Assembly: GCA_963750165.1 (NCBI GenBank)
Contig: CAVVPN010000003.1
Location: forward strand, 3,136,001 to 3,200,000
DNA: 64,000 nucleotides
Reading direction: 5' to 3'
DNA from: an uncultured Gemmataceae bacterium
GTDB lineage: Bacteria; Planctomycetota; Planctomycetia; Gemmatales; Gemmataceae
The notes under the pieces are model-generated. The model did no database searches. It worked only from the letters and a program-made list of their open reading frames with translations, and was not told the DNA's origin. Positions 1 through 7,531 of this stretch are shown here, piece after piece. Made by a program: the position numbers and the translations under genes. Position 1 is the stretch's first letter, and every line of letters begins with the position of its first letter.

Positions 1-1
1 C

Positions 2-2854
2 TTTGAACAGCAGCCGTACTTCTCGATGGAGTACGTCCCCGGCAGCAGCCTGGCTCAGCGCGTCAGCCTGGGCCCGCTGCCGGGCCGCCTGGCCGCGTCG
101 TACCTGGAGAAGACCGCCCGTGCCGTCCACTACGCCCACAGCCGCGGCGTCATCCACCGTGACCTCAAGCCCGCCAACGTGCTGCTCGACGAGCACGACC
201 AGCCCAAGGTCGCCGACTTCGGCCTGGCCAAACTGGTGCAGACCGACTCCGGCCAGACCCGCACCGGCGCCGTCATCGGCACGCCCAGCTACATGGCCCC
301 CGAACAGGCCGCCGCCAGCAAAACCCTCGGCCCCGCCTGTGACGTGTACAGCCTCGGCGCCATCCTTTACGAACTGCTCACCGGCGTCCCGCCGTTCCGC
401 GGCGAGACCGCCCTGGCGACGCTGAACCTGGTCGCCGAGGCCGACCCGGTGCCGCCGCGGTTGCTGAACCCGCGTGTCGATGCCGATCTGGAGACGATCT
501 GCCTGAAGTGCCTGGAAAAAGAACCCGCCCGGCGCTACGTCAGCGCCGAGGCCCTGGCCGACGACCTGCGCCGCTACCTCGATGGCGAGCCGATCACCGC
601 TCGCCGCCTGGGCCGCCTGGGCCGCGCCCTGAAGTGGTGCCATCGCCAGCCCGCCGCCGCGGCGCTGCTGGCCGTGACGGCGCTGGCGGTTGTCGGGCTG
701 GTCGTCGCCCTGGTGGCGTTCGGCATCCAGGGCCGCCAGGTCGCCGAGGAGGAGCGCAAGCTACGCGAGACTGCGGACGAGCAGCGGCGGCTGGCAGAAG
801 ACGCCGGGCGGCGTGCCAAGACCGGTCTGGACACGGTCAATTACCTGCTCTACGTCGGCCAGATGCGCCAGGCCCAGCACGCCATCGAGGCGGCCGGGCT
901 GGACCGGGCCAACAAGCTGCTGGCCCACTGGCAGCCAAAGCGGCCCGGCGACACCGACCTGCGCGGCTGGGAGTGGTACTACCTGAAAAACCTGTGCGGC
1001 CCCCGCTTCACCCTCTGGCAGCCGCCGCCGCGGACGGGCGCCGACCTGGCCGGGCCGCCCTGGGTCACGGCCGTGGCGTATCACCCACTCGGCAAATTGC
1101 TGGCCGCGGCAGAGGGTCAGCCGGGCAAGCCGGGCGAGGTCCGCGTCTGGGATCTGACCACGGCGAAGGTGCTGTACACGCTGCGCGGCCACCGCAACAG
1201 CATCACGGCGCTGGCCTACAGCCCCGACGGCAAATGGCTGGCCAGCGCCAGCACTGATCAGACCGTCAAAATCTGGGAAGGCGCCGGCCCCGCCCTGCTG
1301 GCAACGTTGACCGGCCGCAGCCGTCAGATGGGGGTCGCCTTCAGCCCGGACGGCAAGATTCTGGCTTCGGGCGGCGGCGATGGCCAGGTGCAGCTGTGGC
1401 CGCTCGACCGTGGGCCGCGCAGCGATCTGAAACCGCTGCGGACGCTGGCGGGGCTGAAGGCGGTCAACGGCGTGGCCTTCAGTGCGAAAGGCGGCTGGCT
1501 GGCGGCCGGCGGCCTGGGCGAGCGCCAGCAGGTCCACGTCTGGGACACCAGCACCTGGCAGCTGCGGCGCCGCTTCGATCACGACGGCGAGGTCACCTGC
1601 GTGGCGTTCAATGCCGACGGCACCCTGCTGGCCGCGGGCGGCGGCCGTGGCAGCAAGCGCGGCGCGGTGAAGTTGTGGGATCTTCAGAACGCCACCGTGC
1701 GCGCCGGCTACGACCACCTCTCGGATCGCATCCTGAGCGTGGCGTTCGACGGCCGAGCCGCGGCGGACGAGGAGTGGTGGGCGGCAGCCGGCAACGACGG
1801 CATTGTGCGCATCTGGGAGGGAACCTCACGCGGCGAGCCGGTACGGCTGCGCGGCGATCCGCAGCGCGTGTTCACCCTGGCGTTTAGCCCGGACGGGCGG
1901 CGGCTGGCGGCGGGCGGTCGCGCCGGCCGCGTCCACTTCTGGAACCGCGACGGCGGCAATGAAGTGCGGCTGTGGCCGGGCGAGTGTCAGCCGGAGTGGG
2001 TCGCCTTCGGCCCGAAGGGAAATACCCTCGCCGCCGCCGGTGCGCGCGCAGGTCAGGAGGGCCAGCTGCTGCTGTACGCGCTGGACAGCGACCGGCCGCT
2101 GCAAAAGCTGAGCGGCCCGACCGTGGGCAACCGCGGCGTGGCCTACAGCGCCGACGGCCGCTGGTTGGTGACCGCTGGCGTGGACCATGTGGTACGAGCC
2201 TTCCCGCTGGTGGGTGGCAAGATCGGCCCGCCGGTCGAATTCGCGGGCCACACTCGCACCGTGACGGCGGTCGCCATCGACCCGACCAGCACCCGTATTG
2301 CCTCGGCCAGCGATGACGAACAGATCCGCGTCTGGGACCTGGCGAGGCGCAAGCTGGAGCGGGTGCTGCAGGGTCACGGCAACGGCGTGCTGGCGGTGGC
2401 GTTCAGCCCGGACGGCGGCCGGCTGGTCTCGGGCAGCGTGGACCGGACGGTGCGCGTCTGGAACCTGGCGACGGGGAGCCACATCAAGCTGGAGGGCCAC
2501 ACGGGCTCGGTGAAGGCGGTGGCGTTCCATCCGGACGGCCGGCAGGTGGCGTCGGCCGGCGTGGACCGCACCATCCGTCTGTGGAACCTGGACGACGGCA
2601 GGACGGTCAAGCTGGAGGGCTCGGGCGGCGTGATCGCGGCGCTGGCGTACCATCCGCGCGACCGGCGACTGGCCAGCGCCGGCGACGACCGGTCGGTGCG
2701 GCTGTGGGACCTGGTGGCCGGGCAGGAGATTCTGGAGCTAACGGGCGCCACGGGGCCGCTGGCGAGCGTGGCGTTCAGCGCGGACGGCCGTTATCTGGCC
2801 TGCTCCGGGTCGCAGACGCCGGTGCGCGTCTGGGAGGCGCCGGGAGCGCGGTAG
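2..2854 (+). CDS. Ser/Thr protein kinase with TM helix, coiled coil and many C-terminal WD40 repeats (5'-truncated by the window edge)
   Basis: Frame open from base 2 (FEQQPYFSMEYV). Kinase motifs HRDLKPAN, DFGLAK, GTPSYMAPEQ, DVYSLG; hydrophobic segment; 'DLRGWEWYYL' linker typical of planctomycete kinase-WD40 proteins; repeated GH...AFSPDG...WD units. Confidence 0.95.
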   Translation, partial: FEQQPYFSMEYVPGSSLAQRVSLGPLPGRLAASYLEKTARAVHYAHSRGVIHRDLKPANVLLDEHDQPKVADFGLAKLVQTDSGQTRTGAVIGTPSYMAPEQAAASKTLGPACDVYSLGAILYELLTGVPPFRGETALATLNLVAEADPVPPRLLNPRVDADLETICLKCLEKEPARRYVSAEALADDLRRYLDGEPITARRLGRLGRALKWCHRQPAAAALLAVTALAVVGLVVALVAFGIQGRQVAEEERKLRETADEQRRLAEDAGRRAKTGLDTVNYLLYVGQMRQAQHAIEAAGLDRANKLLAHWQPKRPGDTDLRGWEWYYLKNLCGPRFTLWQPPPRTGADLAGPPWVTAVAYHPLGKLLAAAEGQPGKPGEVRVWDLTTAKVLYTLRGHRNSITALAYSPDGKWLASASTDQTVKIWEGAGPALLATLTGRSRQMGVAFSPDGKILASGGGDGQVQLWPLDRGPRSDLKPLRTLAGLKAVNGVAFSAKGGWLAAGGLGERQQVHVWDTSTWQLRRRFDHDGEVTCVAFNADGTLLAAGGGRGSKRGAVKLWDLQNATVRAGYDHLSDRILSVAFDGRAAADEEWWAAAGNDGIVRIWEGTSRGEPVRLRGDPQRVFTLAFSPDGRRLAAGGRAGRVHFWNRDGGNEVRLWPGECQPEWVAFGPKGNTLAAAGARAGQEGQLLLYALDSDRPLQKLSGPTVGNRGVAYSADGRWLVTAGVDHVVRAFPLVGGKIGPPVEFAGHTRTVTAVAIDPTSTRIASASDDEQIRVWDLARRKLERVLQGHGNGVLAVAFSPDGGRLVSGSVDRTVRVWNLATGSHIKLEGHTGSVKAVAFHPDGRQVASAGVDRTIRLWNLDDGRTVKLEGSGGVIAALAYHPRDRRLASAGDDRSVRLWDLVAGQEILELTGATGPLASVAFSADGRYLACSGSQTPVRVWEAPGAR

Positions 2855-2865
2855 CGGTCGCCGGG

Positions 2866-3840
2866 TCAACCGGGGGCGTTCAGGACCGGAACAATGGCCT
2901 CGGCCCGTGTGGGCGGTGCCCGCACGGCCCGGGCGGCCTGGGCGGCGCGGCGAATCCAGAAGCGGTCGGACACCCACACCGCGTAGAAGGGGAACATGTA
3001 AAAGCTGAACCAACCGACTTCGATGGTCAGCCAGATGCCCAGGTGGAACAGCAGGCCGAACAGCAGCGCGGGCGTCCGCGTCCAGCGGTTCAGCACCAGC
3101 AGCGGGAACAGTGTCTCCCACCAGACGGAGGTGTACGTCAGCACGGCGGTGATCCAGAGCGGCACCGGCAGCTGAGCGTACGACCAGCGACTCATGGTCA
3201 CGTAGTTGAGCACGTAATGCACCGAGGTGCCGTCCCACCAGGTCCCTTCCAGGAATCCCGTTCCCTCCAGTTTGACCAGGCCGGTGGTCAGGTAAATCAT
3301 GCACAGCTGGATTTGCAGCACGCGCACCGGCCAGGGCGGCGTCACGTCCGGCAGCGGCTTGCCGGCGCGGCGGGCCTGCCAGGCGTCCACCGACAGCGCG
3401 TAGCCGCTGGGGCCGAGCATCAGCAGGAACAGACCCACCTGCAGGGCGTCGTCGCCGCCGTTGGTGATGTTCGGGTTGCGGTTGATGAAGCACAGCGTCA
3501 GGAACCAGACCAGGACGCTCATCAACCGGCTGTGCCAGCCGACCAGCAGCAGCGCCGTGGCCGCGACCCAGAGCGCGAACAGCGTGGCCACGATGGCCAT
3601 CTGGTCAGTGTTGAACAGCAAGACAGTCCAGTGCCAGTGGCGGAGCTGATAGGCGTCGTGCAGGCCCTCAGGGGCCACGCCGGTGGCGCCGTAGAACTCC
3701 TGCAAGTTTGGTAGCAGCTGGAACAGCTGGTCGGTCAGCAGCGCCAGCGCCAGGAGGATACGCATCAGGGCCACGCGCTCGGCGCGCACGGGCTCGTGCC
3801 AGAAGCGGGCCCACCAGGATAGTTGCGGGTTCGGGGTCAT
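2866..3840 (-). CDS. HTTM-domain membrane protein (SdpB / vitamin K-dependent carboxylase-like TM domain)
   Basis: Multi-TM protein with NGGDD, 'WPVRVLQIQLCMIYLTTGLVK..W.DG' and 'FHLGI..IEVGWFS' motifs typical of HTTM proteins; 4-nt overlap with the upstream gene. Confidence 0.85.
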   Translation of the reverse strand: MTPNPQLSWWARFWHEPVRAERVALMRILLALALLTDQLFQLLPNLQEFYGATGVAPEGLHDAYQLRHWHWTVLLFNTDQMAIVATLFALWVAATALLLVGWHSRLMSVLVWFLTLCFINRNPNITNGGDDALQVGLFLLMLGPSGYALSVDAWQARRAGKPLPDVTPPWPVRVLQIQLCMIYLTTGLVKLEGTGFLEGTWWDGTSVHYVLNYVTMSRWSYAQLPVPLWITAVLTYTSVWWETLFPLLVLNRWTRTPALLFGLLFHLGIWLTIEVGWFSFYMFPFYAVWVSDRFWIRRAAQAARAVRAPPTRAEAIVPVLNAPG

Positions 3841-4688
3841 GGGGAATCTTTCGGTGGATCAACCGAATCGCCCTTGCGCGTCGCCGGGTCGTAAACGAAG
3901 AACGGGTGGCGGTCGATCTGGCCGGAGTGCTCCGGCGGCCCGCTCTGCGCACGCAGGGATTCGACCGGGTCCACGTCGGGGGACGGCAGCTTGTAGCGCA
4001 CCGCCCTGAGACTGATCTTCACCAGCCGCGCCCCCGCTGCGTTGGTCGCATGACGGTGGGCCAGCAGGTTACAGTAACCCATGCAGTCGCCGAACCGCTC
4101 CTCCTTGACGTGCAGTTCGTGGTCCAGGATTTTCTCCTGATTCCAGTGGGAGTAGTTTGTCAGGTCCACGGGGTCGGCGAGCATGCGGACCTCTTCCCTG
4201 GAGCCATCCGCGTAGGTCAGTTCGGCGCGGGTGACCGTGTTTTTCCTGCGGACGTTGGGCGAGAACATGGGCCACTCCTGATCGAAGCCGAGGAGGTTCT
4301 CGACGAACAGGCAGCGGCTGGACAGCCAGCACATCGCCCACTTGGCCCAGGCCTCGCCGTCGTGCAGGCGCCTGCGGACTCGCCAGTCCGGCCAGGGGCG
4401 CCAGTAGTCCCAGACGGAATCGGCCGACGCGAACAGCTTGCGGGTGAGGGGATCGGGGTGTTCGTCATCGTCGGGCGCCGCCGCCAACTCGGCCAACTCC
4501 GCCCGGGTGGGCAGGCGCTCCGGCATGTTGTCCATCTCGAATTCCTTCCGCCAATCGTCCCACGGCACCAGGACGCTGAAGCTGCGGAAGACGATGTCAA
4601 AGAGGAGCAGGGTGAGGAAGACGCGCATGGGCCAACGGAAGCGCGGGCGCACCGGAGCGGGGGCGGGGGTCGCGGTGTTCTCCATCAT
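3837..4688 (-). CDS. Membrane-anchored partner of the HTTM protein (SdpA/DUF5819-like)
   Basis: N-terminal TM helix; 'GFDQEWPMFSPN' matches the Q-x-W-x-M-F-[AS]-P motif of HTTM-associated proteins; translationally coupled to the HTTM gene. Confidence 0.6.
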   Translation of the reverse strand: MMENTATPAPAPVRPRFRWPMRVFLTLLLFDIVFRSFSVLVPWDDWRKEFEMDNMPERLPTRAELAELAAAPDDDEHPDPLTRKLFASADSVWDYWRPWPDWRVRRRLHDGEAWAKWAMCWLSSRCLFVENLLGFDQEWPMFSPNVRRKNTVTRAELTYADGSREEVRMLADPVDLTNYSHWNQEKILDHELHVKEERFGDCMGYCNLLAHRHATNAAGARLVKISLRAVRYKLPSPDVDPVESLRAQSGPPEHSGQIDRHPFFVYDPATRKGDSVDPPKDSP

Positions 4689-4739
4689 TGGATGGTTCCC
4701 CGGGCAAGGGCTCTGGAAGCGGGCGGACAGTATCCGGGT

Positions 4740-4767
4740 ATTATCCGGGGGCCAGCGCGGCGGTCAA
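4740..4767 (-). promoter_or_regulatory. Putative sigma70 promoter of the SdpA/HTTM-like operon
   Basis: Minus strand TTGACC-16 nt-GATAAT, about 50 nt upstream of the ATG at 4688. Confidence 0.5.
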
Positions 4768-4894
4768 GTGGCCGAGCCCGGCCGGGGCAGCAGTTGATGG
4801 CGCTCCGCGAACGTGGCGACAAGGGCAATTGAAGCGCTCCGCGAATCGGTGTCGCGGTTGACATTGGCGGTCGTTCGGCGGCGCCATCTGTCAA

Positions 4895-4958
4895 AGCAAG
4901 GGGGCCAAGGGGGCCAAGGGGGCCAACTTTTTCATACGTCGAGATTTGGCCCCCTTGG
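4895..4958. repeat. Dispersed intergenic repeat, copy 1: (CAAGGGGGC)x3-CAACTTTTTCATACGTCGAGATT plus inverted TGGCCCCCTTGG
   Basis: 4895-4946 aligns ungapped with 24468-24519 at 42/52 identity by manual count. Confidence 0.75.
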
Positions 4959-5068
4959 TCCTGCAACCGGCCGTCCCATCAGGTATGCTGGTCCAGGGTG
5001 CTGAACCGGCCCCGGGTGTCCCGTGTCCATTTTGGGGATGGTTTGCGAACCCGTCGGGTTGAGGAACC

Positions 5069-5659
5069 ATGTCGTCGCTCGCCGCATTCCTGGAACCCCT
5101 CCTCCGCGAGGGCCGGGCCGTCCTGCGGGGTCGCCCCGAGCCGATCGCCGGCCCCGACGCACATGCCGTCGCGCTGCTCCGCCGGACCTTCGCCGACCAC
5201 CGCCTCGGCGTCGCCGGGCCGGCCATCGACTTCGACGCTGGCATTGCCCTGGCGGCGGCGGCGCTGGTGTGTCGGGCCTGCTGGTTCCTCGTCAGCCGCG
5301 CTGAACCCGAGGCGGAGCTGGAGCGTACTCTTGTCCTGCCCGGCCCGCCGCGCACGCCCGCGCAGCACCTGTCCGCCGACCTGACGCTGCGCTTGCTGCC
5401 ACAGGTTCACCGCCGCGCTCGCGCCCACAACCCGGCGGACAAACTGACGATGCTGCTTGCGGACGTGCTGCGCCGCTGGCCGCTCAGCGGCGTGCTCGCT
5501 GACGTGGACGAGGAACCGCACACACCGCCCGACTTCGCCGGCCATCACGGGCTGTGGCTGCTGTACGTCGAGCGGCTGGCGCGACACGAACGCGCCGCCT
5601 GGGTGCCCGAAGGCCCGGGCCTGGAATACTGGGAACTGGTCCGGCACACGGCCGGGTGA
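5069..5659 (+). CDS. MoxR-vWA-beta-propeller ternary system small protein (bpX4-like)
   Basis: GAGGA RBS before ATG; 'HLSADLTLRLLP', 'LRRWPLSGV', 'LYVERL' motifs; first gene before the MoxR ATPase. Confidence 0.7.
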   Translation: MSSLAAFLEPLLREGRAVLRGRPEPIAGPDAHAVALLRRTFADHRLGVAGPAIDFDAGIALAAAALVCRACWFLVSRAEPEAELERTLVLPGPPRTPAQHLSADLTLRLLPQVHRRARAHNPADKLTMLLADVLRRWPLSGVLADVDEEPHTPPDFAGHHGLWLLYVERLARHERAAWVPEGPGLEYWELVRHTAG

Positions 5660-5672
5660 AGGGAGCGCGCTG

Positions 5673-6800
5673 ATGTCTGAGCCCACCGCGGATCGGCTGC
5701 GGCGCGGCGTCGTCGAACCGCTCAAGGAGCGTTTCGTCGGCCGTGACGAGGTCGTGGACCTGATCGCCCTGGCGGTGCTCGCCGGCGAACACCTGTTCCT
5801 GTACGGCCCGCCTGGCACCGCCAAGTCGGCACTGATCCGTCAGTTCGCGCTGGCCGTCCGCGGCCGCTACTTCGAGTACATGCTGACGCGCTTCTCCGAA
5901 CCCAACGAAATCTTCGGTCCCATCGACATCGCCCGGCTGCGCGAGGGCCGTGTCGTCACGGTCACCGCCGGTATGTTGCCCGAGGCGGAGGTCGTCTTCC
6001 TCGACGAACTGTTCAACGCCAACAGCGCCATCCTCAACAATTTGCTGACCGTCCTCAACGAGCGCGTCTATCGCCGCGGCGCCGAGACGCACCGGTTGCC
6101 GCTGCTGTCGCTGTTCTCGGCGTCCAACCACCTGCCCGAGGACGAGGCGCTGCGGGCGCTGTTCGACCGCTTTCTGCTGCGCTGCCACGTAAAGAACCTG
6201 CGGCCCGAGGAGATGCCGCGGTTGCTGCAGGCCGGCTGGGCGCTCGAGGCGGCGCCGGCCCCGGAGGCGCCGGTGTCCGCAGCGGAACTGGCCGCCCTGC
6301 ACGCGGGGCTCTATCGCGTGGAACTGGCGGGCGTGCTGGAGCCGTATGGCGAACTGGTGCGGAAGGTGCGCGACCTGGGCGTCGCCTTCTCGGACCGGCG
6401 GGCGGTCAAGGTGCTCAAGCTGCTGGCGGCGTCGGCGCTGCTGTGCGGCCGCAGCGCCTGCAACCCGTCCGACCTGTGGGTGCTGCGTTACGTCTGGGAC
6501 CGCGAGGAACAGATTGAACCGCTGGCGGCACTGGTCAACGGCGTTCTGCGTCAGCACGAGGACGCTGCGGATCGCCACGCCCTGGCCAACGTCCAGGCGG
6601 CGCCGGACGCGGAGGAGTTGGCTCGTCAGCTGGAAAGTATTGAGGGTCAGCTGAACGGAGCGCGGCTCAGCCTGAGTGCGGCCGCCCGGCTGCGCGAGCA
6701 GGTGGCGGAGCTGGCCGACCGGGCCGCGTGGTTGACCGACGGCGCCGGCCGTGCCCATTTGCTGGAGCGGACGCGCAAGTGCCTTGAACGCCTGGGGTGA
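5673..6800 (+). CDS. MoxR/RavA-family AAA+ ATPase
   Basis: Walker A GPPGTAKS, 'TRFSEPNEIFGP', Walker B 'VFLDELFNANSAILNNLL', sensor ASN, arginine finger 'ALFDRF', 'SDRRAVK'. Start placed at ATG 5673 (GGGAG RBS). Confidence 0.93.
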   Translation: MSEPTADRLRRGVVEPLKERFVGRDEVVDLIALAVLAGEHLFLYGPPGTAKSALIRQFALAVRGRYFEYMLTRFSEPNEIFGPIDIARLREGRVVTVTAGMLPEAEVVFLDELFNANSAILNNLLTVLNERVYRRGAETHRLPLLSLFSASNHLPEDEALRALFDRFLLRCHVKNLRPEEMPRLLQAGWALEAAPAPEAPVSAAELAALHAGLYRVELAGVLEPYGELVRKVRDLGVAFSDRRAVKVLKLLAASALLCGRSACNPSDLWVLRYVWDREEQIEPLAALVNGVLRQHEDAADRHALANVQAAPDAEELARQLESIEGQLNGARLSLSAAARLREQVAELADRAAWLTDGAGRAHLLERTRKCLERLG

Positions 6801-6802
6801 CC

Positions 6803-7531
6803 ATGAATCCGCCGCTGCACGACATCGGTTGCGCCAGTCTGCCGCCCGAAGCGCTGGCGGCGCTGGCGGAGGTGCGCGACCTGCCTGGCGTCACCGTGGC
6901 CCTGGCCGCCAGCCGCGCCTGGGTGCGCTGGCAGCCCGGCGACGAGCGCGTCCTGCGCCGGCTGCTGCCGGTGGCTGGCGTCGCGCTGTATGCGCAGCGC
7001 GACGGCCGCTGGTACCGCCACGGTCATCGTCTGCCAGCTTTCGACTTCCCCGCCGCGGCCGACCCGCAGCCGCTGTACGTCGCCTTGACGCCGGCCCCGG
7101 TACTGCCTGTGCCGCCGCCGTCATTGAATCCGCGGCCGGTCGTTCTGACGCTGGCCCCCGACACTCGGCCACGCCCCGCCACCGCCCTGCGCTGCGAACT
7201 GGCCGAGCTGGCGCGCTGGGCCGACACGGTGGCCGCCGACCGCCTCGCCATGCTCCACGCCGCGGTGAGTGCGAACCGGGTGCTGCTGCTGGGCCGCCGA
7301 CTGCCGTCGCTGACCGACGGCGAACGCTTCTGGGGTGACAGCCTGCTGTCACCGCTTGGCCAGCGGCCGGAGCCTGACCTGCCGCCGAGCGCCCTGCGCG
7401 CGGCGCTGGGCATCGCCGACGACGAACTGCTGCTGCTGGACGCAGCCGGGGCGGAGGCGGTGCCGCGCGCCGCGTTCAGGCCGTTGACGCGGGCCGGCCT
7501 CCACCTGGCTCTCGGGGAGGACGCGCCGTGA
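6803..7531 (+). CDS. MoxR-vWA-beta-propeller ternary system protein (bpX2-like)
   Basis: Coupled to MoxR (alternative GTG start at 6797 overlaps its stop); 'LLLGRRLPSL..GERFWG..LL.PLG.RPEP' motif; GTGA overlap with the next gene. Confidence 0.7.
   Translation: MNPPLHDIGCASLPPEALAALAEVRDLPGVTVALAASRAWVRWQPGDERVLRRLLPVAGVALYAQRDGRWYRHGHRLPAFDFPAAADPQPLYVALTPAPVLPVPPPSLNPRPVVLTLAPDTRPRPATALRCELAELARWADTVAADRLAMLHAAVSANRVLLLGRRLPSLTDGERFWGDSLLSPLGQRPEPDLPPSALRAALGIADDELLLLDAAGAEAVPRAAFRPLTRAGLHLALGEDAP

Noticed and set aside
4895..4946. CRISPR-like array from the 9-mer repeats (also 24468-24519 and 44839-44893)
   Set aside because: Units are 7-9 bp, directly tandem with no spacers, and there are no cas genes.
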